A stretch of 64,000 nt of DNA from NCBI GenBank assembly GCA_963784995.1, contig CAWATZ010000006.1, positions 72,853 to 136,852 on the forward strand. Direction: 5' to 3'. Below, one piece after another: positions 20,485 through 30,708 of the stretch (its first letter is position 1; each line of letters begins with the position of its first letter). This DNA is from an uncultured Planctomycetota bacterium. Lineage in GTDB: Bacteria > Planctomycetota > Planctomycetia > Gemmatales > Gemmataceae. Both the position numbers and the translations under genes were made by a program. The notes beneath the pieces are model-generated. The model saw only the letters and a list, made by a program, of their open reading frames with translations. It had not been told where the DNA came from and did not search any database.

Positions 20485-21477
20485 ATGGCGGACTTCGACG
20501 ATGCGGAACGGCACGCGCTGCACGAGGTGGAGCCGGAGAAGCAACTGCACTGGCTGCTGGAGGAAGTGGACCCGGATCTGGCGTTCTTCGGCTGGCAGCC
20601 AACGCAGCTGTCGCCGCCGCCCGGCGTCCCGCAGTTGCGCTGCGACTGCGTGGCCGGCCTGCGTTCGCGCAGCGGCTCACAACCGCCGTGGGCCTGCCTG
20701 ATCGAAGCGCAGGGCCAACCGCTGGCCGGCATGGCCGTCTGGATGCTGATCTACCTGGGGCTGCTGCACAACCTGCTGCGTTATGATGGCCGCGATCCTT
20801 TCCAGATGATGGGCGTGATCCTCAACCTCAGCGAGGGCGAATTGAGCCACGCCATCGACTGGCGTGTGCCTCTGAAGAAGACCACCGGGACGCCCTCTGC
20901 CGACGCCGACGCTGAGCTACCCACTGCTGAGCCGTCGCCTGCACCAGCCCCAGGCGTTGCCTGCACGTTCTTCGTCAAGAACGTGCGCCAGGAAAGCGCT
21001 GAGCGGACCTTGAATCGTATCGATCGGGGCGAACTCGGCTTGTGCATTTTGGTGTGGGTTCCTTTAATGGCGGGAGCCGCTCAGCCGGAGGTCGTCCGCC
21101 GCTGGCGCGACCTGGCGCTGCGACAGGAACAGTTGCATCTGCGAGCCGATTACGTCGCCCTGGCGCTGGTGTTCGCCGACATGGCTGACCGCAAGGAACT
21201 CTGGAAAGCCGGATTGGGGGGATTCAACGTGCGAGAATCTGAAGTCGTGCGTGAGTGGCGCAAGGAAGCGTTTGAGGAGGGAACGCTGACAACCGCGCGA
21301 GCAGCAGTGGTGAACGTGCTGGAAGCACGGTTCCCGACAGTGCCCGTGCCGGAAGGAGTGCGCTCGGCGCTGGAGAAGAACACGGACGTACGGCAGCTCA
21401 GCGACTGGCTGCGCCGGGCGGTCTTGACGGCCTCGCCCGCCGACTTCGAGCGTTTCCTCACCACGCCTGCCGCCTGA
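20485..21477 (+). CDS. Rpn/YhgA-like / DUF4351 family protein (paralog 2)
   Basis: Same N-terminus (MADFDDAERHALHEVEPEKQLHWLLEEVDPDLAFFGWQP) and same C-terminal DUF4351-like tail as 12692-13708. Confidence 0.65.
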   Translation: MADFDDAERHALHEVEPEKQLHWLLEEVDPDLAFFGWQPTQLSPPPGVPQLRCDCVAGLRSRSGSQPPWACLIEAQGQPLAGMAVWMLIYLGLLHNLLRYDGRDPFQMMGVILNLSEGELSHAIDWRVPLKKTTGTPSADADAELPTAEPSPAPAPGVACTFFVKNVRQESAERTLNRIDRGELGLCILVWVPLMAGAAQPEVVRRWRDLALRQEQLHLRADYVALALVFADMADRKELWKAGLGGFNVRESEVVREWRKEAFEEGTLTTARAAVVNVLEARFPTVPVPEGVRSALEKNTDVRQLSDWLRRAVLTASPADFERFLTTPAA

Positions 21478-21518
21478 CCGCCTGCGGAAAAACAGCCGCA
21501 CCGTTTGAAACGCTACGT

Positions 21519-22271
21519 TTGCACCAGCACCGGAGGCCTGCAACCATGCCGGCGACCCCATCGGCTCGCTTTCCGACAACGGCCTGGAACTGCATCGAGG
21601 CCGCCCGCGATCCATTGCACCCGTCCTTCCAGACCGCCATCACCCGGCTCGTCTCGACCTACTGGCGGCCCGTGTTCCACTTCCTCCGCGCCAGAGGATA
21701 CGCGACCGCCGACGCCGAGGATCTGACGCAGGAATGCTTCGCTCGCTGCCTTCAACCAGGCTCGCCGCTGCACCGCGCCGACCGCGGCCAGCGCCGCTTC
21801 CGCGACTTCCTCCGTACCAGCGTGAAGCGCTTCGCCTACGAACAGATAGTCCGGCCGAGGAAGCAAGCCGCGTTCGAGCGCGGCCTCGTCTCCATCCACG
21901 ACCTGATGTGCGACAGCGATCGCGCCTACGAGCCGCCGGCCGGGGAGACGCCGGAAGATGCGTTCGACCGGGCGTGGAAGACCGGGCTGTTGCAATCCGT
22001 CCGCGACAACCTCGAAGCCCACTACGTGGCGCTGTCCGACGCCCAGGAGCGGCAGCGCTTCGAGATCTTCGCCGCCCTGAACTTTGTTGAGCGCGACGAA
22101 GACCGGCCGACCCTGGACGAGCTCGCCGAGCGCTTTGGCCTCACCCGCGATCGGGTGCGCTATGCCATCGACCAGGTACGGAAGCGCTCCGAACGCCTGC
22201 TGCGTCAGGAGATCCGCGACCAGGTGGGACCGGACGTGGACGTGGAGCAGGAGATGCGTAAACTGTTGTGA
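21519..22271 (+). CDS. sigma-70 family (ECF-like) RNA polymerase sigma factor
   Basis: Region-2-like YWRPVFHFLRARGYATADAEDLTQECFARCL. Region-4 helix-turn-helix RPTLDELAERFGLTRDRVRYAIDQVRKR. The start may instead be 21546. Confidence 0.7.
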   Translation: MHQHRRPATMPATPSARFPTTAWNCIEAARDPLHPSFQTAITRLVSTYWRPVFHFLRARGYATADAEDLTQECFARCLQPGSPLHRADRGQRRFRDFLRTSVKRFAYEQIVRPRKQAAFERGLVSIHDLMCDSDRAYEPPAGETPEDAFDRAWKTGLLQSVRDNLEAHYVALSDAQERQRFEIFAALNFVERDEDRPTLDELAERFGLTRDRVRYAIDQVRKRSERLLRQEIRDQVGPDVDVEQEMRKLL

Positions 22272-22447
22272 CGGATCCTTGTCGTTGCATCGTTGCAGTC
22301 ATTGCACGCATTGCACGCATTGCCCTGCAACGCAGGCCGGCTGGGCTGGCTGCAACCCTGCAACGCCGCAACGACACCGCCTTGTTGCCCCTCGGAACCG
22401 GCGCAGCCAGCACGTCGAATGGCTTTGCCTGCCCCTGGTTCTCTGCA

Positions 22448-22879
22448 TCAGGCGGGCTTCGCGCCCTCACCGAGTAACCGGGCCCGGATGCCCGCCGGGA
22501 TCTCCACCGACTCGATCCGGTGCTTCCCCGCGTCAATCCGGCAGCAGACGCAGCTGATCTTGCCCCGGGCCACTTCCTCATCGCTCAGCCGGAACGTGAA
22601 GCCGTAGGTCAGCGACTTGGTGCCCACTCGCTCCAGCCGCACCTCGATGTCCACCACGTCCTCGAAGCGGATCGGCTTGATGAAGTCGCAGGACGCCGAC
22701 ACCCGGGGGAAGCCGAGCGCCATCCCCTCCCAGTTCAGCACCACCGACAGATCCAGCGAACGCAGGAACTCGTGTTCGGCCCCCTCCATGAAGCGGAAGA
22801 AACTACTGAAGTGAACGATGCCGGCCATGTCGGTGTCGCTGAACTCCACCCGCCGGGTCGTGTGAAAGGAGCGCGTCAT
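22448..22879 (-). CDS. acyl-CoA thioesterase, hotdog fold (YbgC/4HBT family)
   Basis: RVEFSDTDMAGIVHFSSFFRFMEGAEHEFLRSL matches the 4HBT N-terminal core (D.D..GHV.N..Y). Confidence 0.8.
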   Translation of the reverse strand: MTRSFHTTRRVEFSDTDMAGIVHFSSFFRFMEGAEHEFLRSLDLSVVLNWEGMALGFPRVSASCDFIKPIRFEDVVDIEVRLERVGTKSLTYGFTFRLSDEEVARGKISCVCCRIDAGKHRIESVEIPAGIRARLLGEGAKPA

Positions 22880-22951
22880 CGGCTCGTCTCCTGCGGTAGG
22901 ACGGCCTTCCCAGGCCGTCCTCTTCCTTCTGGACGGCCTGGGAAGGCCGTC

Positions 22952-24243
22952 CTACCTTGGCAAATAGCGAGCATACACCTCCAGCGTCTCCCGGGCCATC
23001 TGATCGGCCGTGAAGCGCTCGTGGACCGTCTCCTTGCCCTTGCGGCCCAGCTCCTCCGCCAGCGTCCGGTCTTCCATCAAGCGGCGCAATCCCCGGGCGA
23101 GGTCGGCCGGGTCGCCCGGGTTGACCAGCAGACCGCCGCCCGTCGCCTGGATCAGCTCGGGAAACGACCCGTGTCTCGGCTGCACCACAGGCACCCCGTT
23201 GGCCAGCGCCTCCAGAACGTACAGGCCCTTTGGCTCGCGGTAGGTCGTCGGCACCGACAGCACGTCAATCCCATGCAGGAAGGCGACCTTGGAGTCGTGG
23301 TCGGGGCACTCGACGTGCTCGAAGGAGTCGCTCAGGCCGTCCGACTCCAGACGCTTGCGCAGGTCGGCGAAGTATTCCTTGTTGTTCTCGCCGAGCCAGC
23401 CGGACACGCGCAGCCGGCACGGCGGCAGGTCCGGGTTCTGCCGCAGCAGGCGAAACGCCTCGATCAGGACGTGCAGTCCCTTCTCGGGGCACATGCGGGC
23501 AAAGTAACCGATCGTGAAGGGATGCCCGGTGCGGTCGGGCGCGGTCCGCCGTGGCCCTTGAGGTTCAGACCGGGATAGACAACGTGGATGCGCTCGCGCG
23601 GCAGGCCCAGGTAGCCGGCCATGAAGTCGGCGTAGTAGCTGCACGTCGCGATGAAGCCATCGATGTATTGGCCCTGCTCACGGATCAGGTCGAGGGCCTT
23701 GCGGCGATACCTGTCCGGCAGGCTTTCGAGGAAGATGTCGTCGCCCTGGAGCGAGCAGAGGATCGGCACGCCCAGCTTCTCCTTGAGGGCGGGCACCATG
23801 CCGGAGAGCAGGGCGTTGGTGAGCTGGATCAGTCCCGGCTTGATCTCGTGAGCGAGCCACTGCACCAGCTTGGCCACTTCCTTGCGCTGGTAACCGTGCG
23901 TCCCTTGCAGCATCGAGATGGTCAGCTCGCCCAGCTCCTCGGCCTGCGTCTTGACCGCGAAGCGCGACACCCAGCGCAGCAGACCCGGGATGTCGAGCAG
24001 CCGGTCGAAGACCCAGGGCGTCCAGCGAAAGAAGCCCATCTTCTGCTGCAAGTAGACGTTGATGCCGCCGAAGAAGACGCGATGCTGGCTGACGTCCTCC
24101 TCATCGGTGCGGATGGGGGTGTAGGTGGGCACCAGCAGCGCGTCCCGGCCCTGGCGGGCCAGGGCGGCGACCAGGGTGTTGTCGTGCATGCAGGAGCCGC
24201 AGAACATGCCCGCGGCCCCGGCGGTGACGTAGACGATCCGCAT
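22952..24243 (-). CDS. glycosyltransferase family 4 (frameshift near 23555)
   Basis: N-terminal GT-B half (MRIVYVTAGAAGMFCGS..., 23464-24243) and C-terminal half with EPKGLYVLEALANGVPVV (22952-23644) lie in different frames. Confidence 0.75.
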
Positions 24244-24259
24244 GGCAGACCCCAGCGGC

Positions 24260-25717
24260 TCAGGCCGCCTTCTCTTCCGCCGGCGGCTCGGGGAGGAAGA
24301 AGCTGACCAGGAAGCCCAGGAAGAAGACCAGCCCGCCCGTGACCCCGGCGGCGAGGGCCACCTTTGCCGGCGTGACAGGACCTCCCCCGGTCCAGTTCGT
24401 GACCATTGGGGCGATGACGCCGGTGGTCAGGAACGCGGCACACGTGCCAATCATCCGGCCGCCCACGTTGGTGGCAAATGCACCTCCCGTGCCGCGCAAG
24501 TGAACCGGGAACACCTTGGGCAGATATTCTCCAAAGTACGAGAACTGGGCGACGATACACGCCCCGGCCAGGAACACGCCGACGGTGAAATACTGAGGCT
24601 GGTGCGCAAAGACCCAGAACCAGACCACCGGAATGATCACCAGGCCCGGCAGCTGGAACAACCACAGCAGCGTGCGTTTGCTGGCGATCAGCACCAGGGC
24701 CACCGCCAGCAGGACTCGTCCAGCCAGCCCGCCCAGCTCTTGCAGGAACTGCACGTGTTCCCGGTGCGGCTGGATCTCCTTGATAGTGATCTGGCCAATC
24801 TGTTTCAGGTTGGCGTTGAACTGTTGTTCCAGCTCCTTGTGTTCCGGCGAGTCCTTGGCTACCTTCTTCAGCTTCTTCTGGATCTCCTGGTTGGCATCGC
24901 TGAAGGGTTTCACGTGAGCCCGGGCTTCCGCCAGGTCGGGCAGGGGCAGACCCGGCACGCCCTGGGCCACGGTCACCTGCAAGGTGCCGAAAGCGGCGGC
25001 GTAGGCGCAGGCGCTCAGGATGGTGCCGACCAGGGTCGTCCGCAGCAGGGCGGGCGCGAACAGCTCACTGAAGCGCGGTCGGCGCAGCGTGCCGGCGCGC
25101 TTTCGCTCCAACCACGCCGCCGACTCAGGAACGAACGGCAGCAGCAGAGCGATCGGCAGAGCGGGAATCAGGCCGGTCATCAGGGTCCAGCGCCAGGAGG
25201 GATTCCCGACCCCCACGGGGAGGATTGGCAGCGCCTCGCTATCGACCAGATTCCGGATGCCGACGCTGACGCCGGTGACAAACAGGCCACCGACGCTGGC
25301 GAACGCCTGGGTCCAGCCCAGGACCAGTTCGCGCTGCTTCTTGTCGGGGAACAGCTCCGACAGCCAGGTGACGGCCGCCACGAACTCCACGCAAACACCG
25401 ACGAAGGTGGTGCAGCGGAAGAAGATCAGCCAAAACAGCTGGGTACTCAGCCCGGCCATCACCGGCGACAGCGAATAGACGAAGATGCTGCCAATCATCA
25501 CCGACTTGCGTCCGAGCCGGTCGATCAGCCAGCCGCCCAGCAGACCGAAGACGCCGCCGCACAAGGCGGTCATCCACAGCACCCGGCCGACCCACGCCGT
25601 CACGTCGGGGTGATTGGGCGGCAGCCGCAGCAACTCGGAGAGCGCCGGCGCCAGCACCAGCGGCGTCATCAGCAATTCGTAGGTGTCGAACAGGAACCCG
25701 ATCGACGCCACGATCAT
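24260..25717 (-). CDS. MFS transporter
   Basis: 12-TM profile. GWLIDRLGRKSVMIGS-type MFS motif between TM2 and TM3. The start is uncertain (MIVASIGFL chosen); the long N-terminal extension in the ORF track reads through palindromic repeat A. Confidence 0.75.
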   Translation of the reverse strand: MIVASIGFLFDTYELLMTPLVLAPALSELLRLPPNHPDVTAWVGRVLWMTALCGGVFGLLGGWLIDRLGRKSVMIGSIFVYSLSPVMAGLSTQLFWLIFFRCTTFVGVCVEFVAAVTWLSELFPDKKQRELVLGWTQAFASVGGLFVTGVSVGIRNLVDSEALPILPVGVGNPSWRWTLMTGLIPALPIALLLPFVPESAAWLERKRAGTLRRPRFSELFAPALLRTTLVGTILSACAYAAAFGTLQVTVAQGVPGLPLPDLAEARAHVKPFSDANQEIQKKLKKVAKDSPEHKELEQQFNANLKQIGQITIKEIQPHREHVQFLQELGGLAGRVLLAVALVLIASKRTLLWLFQLPGLVIIPVVWFWVFAHQPQYFTVGVFLAGACIVAQFSYFGEYLPKVFPVHLRGTGGAFATNVGGRMIGTCAAFLTTGVIAPMVTNWTGGGPVTPAKVALAAGVTGGLVFFLGFLVSFFLPEPPAEEKAA

Positions 25718-25940
25718 GACCAGCCAGGCGGTCAGCGTCAGTGGGCTGGGTGGTTGGGTGGGACTGGCCCCGGCACTGGGGCTGGCGGTAACGGCACCGG
25801 GGGGGATGGCAGTGAAGGACTCGGACACGATCAGCTCCGCAAGGTGCGAATGAGGATCAGCAGGGGACGGAAGGAGAAACGCTTCTCCGGCAGGATTCAG
25901 TCTATGGAGGTTGGGCTGCGGTGTCCGGTCAGACCCAGGC

Positions 25941-26008
25941 GAGCCCGCACGCCTGCGTGCGCTCCGGCCGGCAGGCCGGCCGGAGCGCACGCAGGCGTGC
26001 GGGCTCGC
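25941..26008. repeat. 68-bp near-perfect palindrome; head-to-head variant of the 40-bp GC-rich element family (copy A)
   Basis: GCGAGCCCGCACGCCTGCGTGCGCTCCGGCCGGC|AG|GCCGGCCGGAGCGCACGCAGGCGTGCGGGCTCGC. Intergenic, immediately 3' of the chorismate-lyase-like gene. Confidence 0.9.
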
Positions 26009-26010
26009 CT

Positions 26011-26551
26011 TATTTCTCCACAACGATCTCCAGCAGTTCCACCGCCGGCTGTTCGTCGCAATAGATGAACCCCAGCCGGCCGTACATCGGCCGGGGCTCG
26101 CTCAGGCCGAACCACTCCAGCTGTTTCGACCCCGGCTCCACCCGGAAATACGCCGTCGGCTCGATCCGCCGGAGGACGTTCTTCTCGATCAGGATGCGCC
26201 CCAGCGGCGTTTGCTCGGCCAGGATCGCCTCGCGGACGGCCGGGCGCAGTAATCGAGATTGATCCGGATGATCCCGAACAGGACCACCCGGCCGCTCTTC
26301 TGCAAGGTGAGCACGATCTTGCGCGAGTAGTAGTTGCCATCGCGGTAGCGTGCCAGGGGGCGGACGTTGACCAGGTCGCCGTGGTACGCTTCCACGGTGA
26401 CGGTCATGTGGTGCTCGTGGGCCAGCAGCGTGCGGAACGGCTCCGGCATGGCGTCGGCCGAGACCAGTTCGTGTTCGGGCAGGTCACCCACAGGCGGGAA
26501 CTGGACGAACAGGCTGATCAGGTCCGGCGTGACGCCAAGCGGAATGTTCAT
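26011..26551 (-). CDS. chorismate lyase family protein (UbiC/DUF98-like); frameshift near 26222
   Basis: FRTLLAHEHHMTVTVEAYHG in the N-terminal frame. After a -1 shift the C-terminal frame reads APAVREAILAEQTPLGRILIEKNVLRRIEPTAYFRVEPGSKQLEWFG... through to a stop at 26011. Compare E. coli UbiC ...TPLGRYLF.... Confidence 0.6.
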
Positions 26552-28359
26552 GGGGAAACCAGCTGTAACAAGGAAGCCGGCTCGGGGTCCGGCGGAGGTT
26601 GGCGGTCGAGTACGCTATCGACCAGGTAATACAGCAGCTCGCGCAGCTCGGTGGGTTCAATCTCGTCGGCAATCGCTTCGGAACGGGCCCGGTACTTCTC
26701 AACCAGCTTCTCGGCCTTGAGGAAGACGCCCGCTCGCAGGAACACCTGCCGGACTCGCTCGATCAGGCCTGGTAACTTTTCGCCCTTGTGGTGCAATAAT
26801 TGTACCAGTTCGGCCCGGTCGCGCGGTTGACTGCCTTCCAAAGCCAGGGCCAGCAGGAGCGTCGGGCGACCAGCAAGCACGTCCTGCCCGGCCAGCAATT
26901 TGTTGTCGCTATCGCCTTCCCAGTCCTTCAGGTCGTTGAGGATCTGGAAGGCCACACCCAGGTTCTTGCTAAATTCGACAATCGCTTTCTCGTAGGGGTC
27001 CGCGTCGCCGGCCAGGCGGATGCCGCTGTACAGGGCCGCCTCGAAGGCGGGGGCGGTCTTCAGGGCGTAGATTTTCAGGGCGTCCAGCGGCGTCAGCGTC
27101 TTGTCGGCACTGTCGCGCCACAGCAGCTCCGCTCCCTGGCCCTCCGACAGTTTCAGGTGGGCATCGGCCAGCCGGTGCAGGATGTCGGCTGTGCAATCGC
27201 CGCCTAGCTCCTTCCGCTCCCGGCTGATCAGGCGATAGCCCAGCCCGAGCAGGTAATCGCCGATGTTGATAGCAATGCAAGTCCCGTACCGCCGATGGAG
27301 CGTCTCCTGGCCGTAGCGGTAGCTGTCATCGTCCTCGATGTCGTCGTGGACCAGCGACGCCTTGTGGAAGGCCTCGATGGCCAGGGCGATGCGCTTGACG
27401 CTATCGGGCAAATTGCAGCCCTCCGCCGACACGGTGCCCGGGGCCCCCTTGAGGGCGTCGTAGGCGGCCAGGGTGATGAACGGGCGAGAGCGCTTGCCGC
27501 CGCGGGCCAAGAAGTCATAGGCAATGCTCTCGTGGCCGGTCAAGGGATCAGCCTTGGTTGGGGAGTTCTGCCCCATTCCGTTGCCATTCGTGCCTGCGGG
27601 CACAGCACGCGGCCGGGGCGCGAGCCGGCTGACCTCCGGCTCCTCGCAGGTCTGGTGGGCGGCCCGCATCAGGTGGACGTAGCCGCGGGTCTTGACGGGC
27701 GTTGGCTCGATCTTCAGGTCGATCATCTGGGAGACCCAGTCATCATCGACCGAAGTGCTGCGGCAGTTGCTCGAAAGCAGCGGCGCGGCGACGCAAGGGA
27801 TGCCGGCCAGGAGGATCTTGTCGATCGCCTTTTCCAGCACGTTCAGGCAAGCCACGCCGACAATGGCGTCCACGTGGCCGCTGACAATGATCTTCAGGAC
27901 GATGGGCGTCCCCTCGGAGACCAGCACCTTGTAGCCCAGTTCCTCGGCCTTGACCTTGAAGTCGGCAACGCTGCAGGCGCCGCACTTCTTGCAGTCGAGG
28001 CCAAACTCGTCGTAGTCGGCCGGACAGCCCTCGGCGTTCTTCAGACAGTGCGGCAATAACAGCAGCCGGCGCTTGAAGTCGATGGCGGCGACCTGCTCGC
28101 GCCAGAACTCGTTGGCCAGGCAGACCATGGTGAAACCCAGGTACTGCTCGCCCAACTCGAGCTGCCGGAGCAGGGTCTCGCCCATCTCCTGGAGGGCGGG
28201 CCGGGTCAGCGGCCGGCCCTTGTCGATGGTCTGCATGAATCGGCCGGCCGCGTCGCGAACCTGATCGCGGAGCTGGCGGGTTTCCGGCATGACCTTGAAG
28301 GCCGCGGAGCTGGTTTTCTTGTCCTTCTTCTCGGCGCGGGGTTCGGCAACGGTCGCCAC
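26548..28359 (-). CDS. DUF116 domain fused to polyprenyl (trans-isoprenyl) diphosphate synthase
   Basis: N-terminal LLLLPHCLKNAEGCPADYDEFGLDCKKCGACSV...GVACLNVL is the DUF116 pattern. C-terminal first DDxxD motif (LVHDDIEDDD) and second (FQILNDLKDWEGD) are typical of polyprenyl synthetases. Confidence 0.8.
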   Translation of the reverse strand: MATVAEPRAEKKDKKTSSAAFKVMPETRQLRDQVRDAAGRFMQTIDKGRPLTRPALQEMGETLLRQLELGEQYLGFTMVCLANEFWREQVAAIDFKRRLLLLPHCLKNAEGCPADYDEFGLDCKKCGACSVADFKVKAEELGYKVLVSEGTPIVLKIIVSGHVDAIVGVACLNVLEKAIDKILLAGIPCVAAPLLSSNCRSTSVDDDWVSQMIDLKIEPTPVKTRGYVHLMRAAHQTCEEPEVSRLAPRPRAVPAGTNGNGMGQNSPTKADPLTGHESIAYDFLARGGKRSRPFITLAAYDALKGAPGTVSAEGCNLPDSVKRIALAIEAFHKASLVHDDIEDDDSYRYGQETLHRRYGTCIAINIGDYLLGLGYRLISRERKELGGDCTADILHRLADAHLKLSEGQGAELLWRDSADKTLTPLDALKIYALKTAPAFEAALYSGIRLAGDADPYEKAIVEFSKNLGVAFQILNDLKDWEGDSDNKLLAGQDVLAGRPTLLLALALEGSQPRDRAELVQLLHHKGEKLPGLIERVRQVFLRAGVFLKAEKLVEKYRARSEAIADEIEPTELRELLYYLVDSVLDRQPPPDPEPASLLQLVSP

Positions 28360-28388
28360 GGTGTCGATTCCTCAGATTCTGCGGGTGT

Positions 28389-30239
28389 TTAGTCCTTGTT
28401 ACGTGTGCTGCGCAACCTCAATTGCAGAGCGCGTCCCAGCGCCGCAACCGCGAATACTACCGGGTAACACTTCTCGAAATACCAGAGCTTGGCAAAGTAA
28501 AAGCCAATTGGGGTGGGGTCGGAGAGCCGGCCTGACTCGACTTCCTGGACGAGCCAGTGCAAACCCTTATTCACGGCCGGGGCGATCCTTTCCTCCGGAC
28601 CGCAGGCAGCCAGGAGGGCATCGACCGCCAGGGCGGTTTCCTCGATGCTCGAAGGCGTCCCGGCAGCGCCGCCCCAGCCACCGTCGGCGTTCTGGGTGGA
28701 GAGCAGCCAGCGAACGCCGTGCTGGGCGGCGGGCAGCCTCATCTTATCGAGATCCCGAAACGCGGCCAGTACCCGGCTCGTGCCATAAGTCGGGTTGATC
28801 TCCTCCGGAGTGTGCTGATTGCCGAACCACAAGGGCAACCAGGAACCATCCGCCCGCTGACTCCGCTTCAGATAGGCCAGCCCCCGGTTGAACGCCCGCC
28901 CCACCCGGGCCCGGAAGGCGGCGTGGTCCGGGCCCACGATCTCTCGCCAGCGCCAGAGCGCCCTCATGGCGTGCGCGGTCAGGTCCACGCCGCTGCGATC
29001 GAACGGCAGCTTGCCCCATCCCCGGCAGAAGGTCGGCCAGCCGCCGTCGCGGTTTTGCAAGTCGAGCAACCAGCGCAGGGCCGAGCGAACGGTGTGCCCC
29101 AGGTCCACTCCCGGTAGAGGATTCAACCCCGGCAACCGCGAAAGGTTGTACAGGGCGAGCAAGGCCCCCGGCGTGTCGTCCGCGTCGGGCACGCTGCCGG
29201 ACAGGTACGACCAGCCCCAGCCGCCCGGATCGGCCCCGGTGTAGGGATGGCGCTCGATCACCTGCTGGTGGATCAGCCAGCGGTACAGTGGCTCCAGGTT
29301 CTCCAAACTCCCCAGGTCCCCGGCCATCGCCAGGGCATTGATGCTCAGGGTGGTGACCCAGACGGAGAGGTTGGTATCGATGGGCCAGCTGCCGTCAGGC
29401 CGGACGCCGCCGACCAGGAACTCGACGCATTTGCGGACCACGGCATGATCGGCCTGGCCGCTGCTGACCAGGCCCAGCGTCACAAAACTGGTCAGCGGGG
29501 CGGCTTCGAGGAAGCCGCCGCTGACCGGCTGGATCTTCTGCAAGACGTGCAAACTGGGCGAGATCGAGCGACGGCGGATCAGGCGCAGAGGAAAGGGAGG
29601 CGGCCGATGATGGAAGATCGACTGGCCAATCGCGATCAGTGCGGGCAAGGCGTAGCTGACGACGGGCAACTGGAGGAAGCGAAACCACGATTGCGGGAAG
29701 CAGGCCAGCTCGAAAGGGAGAGCGGGCACCTCGTTCCAGCCGACCAGGCCGGCGAGGGCGCTGGTCATGAGAATCGGGACGGAGAAGGTGCGATCCTGGC
29801 CGTAGCGGCGGCGGATGGCCTCGGCCAGCTGCTCGGGCGTCGAGCCGTAGCGAGCGGCCAGCCAGGCTTCGGCCCGGTGGAGGGTGTCGGAGTGAGCGGC
29901 CGCGGTGCCGGTGAGGTGGAACGCGGCCCGGCAGAGCATGGCGGTGGAGACGTTGCTGAAGCTGCGGACGGTGTCGCCCCAACCGCCATCGGCGTTCTGA
30001 TGGGCGACCAGCCAGCGGATGCCGGACTGGATCAGGGAGTCGAAAGTGCCAAGGGCGGTGGTGGCTTTCTGGACGTGAGCGAGGGCGCTGACGGCGGTGG
30101 CGGTGGAGAGGGCGGAGGTGGACAGCTCGCCGATCCAGTGACCGTCGGGAGTGCGTTCGGCGAGCAAGGCGGAGCGGGCGAGGGAAAAGGCGTGTCGGAG
30201 TCGATCAGTGGTCAGGTCCACGGCAGAGAAACACTCCAC
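28389..30239 (-). CDS. shc: squalene-hopene (triterpene) cyclase
   Basis: Multiple QW motifs (QNADGGWG, DGSWPIDTN...) and a DxDDT catalytic-like motif (VPDADDTPGALLAL). Confidence 0.85.
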   Translation of the reverse strand: MECFSAVDLTTDRLRHAFSLARSALLAERTPDGHWIGELSTSALSTATAVSALAHVQKATTALGTFDSLIQSGIRWLVAHQNADGGWGDTVRSFSNVSTAMLCRAAFHLTGTAAAHSDTLHRAEAWLAARYGSTPEQLAEAIRRRYGQDRTFSVPILMTSALAGLVGWNEVPALPFELACFPQSWFRFLQLPVVSYALPALIAIGQSIFHHRPPPFPLRLIRRRSISPSLHVLQKIQPVSGGFLEAAPLTSFVTLGLVSSGQADHAVVRKCVEFLVGGVRPDGSWPIDTNLSVWVTTLSINALAMAGDLGSLENLEPLYRWLIHQQVIERHPYTGADPGGWGWSYLSGSVPDADDTPGALLALYNLSRLPGLNPLPGVDLGHTVRSALRWLLDLQNRDGGWPTFCRGWGKLPFDRSGVDLTAHAMRALWRWREIVGPDHAAFRARVGRAFNRGLAYLKRSQRADGSWLPLWFGNQHTPEEINPTYGTSRVLAAFRDLDKMRLPAAQHGVRWLLSTQNADGGWGGAAGTPSSIEETALAVDALLAACGPEERIAPAVNKGLHWLVQEVESGRLSDPTPIGFYFAKLWYFEKCYPVVFAVAALGRALQLRLRSTRNKD

Positions 30240-30708
30240 GGCAAGGCCCGGTCAGGCGACGGGAGTGTTTTACGGCTCGGAGGCGAAAATGCCACGGTGC
30301 CAAGGGGGATAAGAGCGGTCGGCTGCCGAGCTACTGACCTCCGGTGGCCTGCCTGCACTGTCGGCCGAACCTGATCGGACGATAGTGCTGGACTGTGCCT
30401 GGCTGGCAGATCTTCCTTCCACGGCGTAACGCCGCAGCAAACGCTACCTCCGGACAGCCGGCCGCTCTCCCGCTTGGTGTAGGCCAGGACGAGGAAGCAG
30501 GCAAGGGAGATCGCGACCAGAACACATCCTTTTTTGCCTGGTTGCCGGGCATGGACCAGACTACAATGGGTTCTGGTTTGCAACGATTGCAGCTGGGGCG
30601 GCCTTGCAGCGCAGCGGTGTTGTGCGGCGAACCGAGTGACGTTCGGGAGTCATCGGCAGAACGGGAGTCGCGCAAACACGAGTCTCGAAATGGGATAGGG
30701 AGCCGGAC

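Noticed and set aside
12692-21477. Interpreting the two ~90% identical MADFDD-family genes as ends of a composite transposon or prophage
   Set aside because: The intervening 7 kb holds two large native-looking signalling kinases. There are no integrase, phage structural or conjugation genes and no inverted terminal repeats. They are better explained as dispersed paralogs.
23551-26068. + strand ORFs 23551-24306 and 24242-26068
   Set aside because: Antisense to the GT4 and MFS genes. Translations are RG/QP low complexity.
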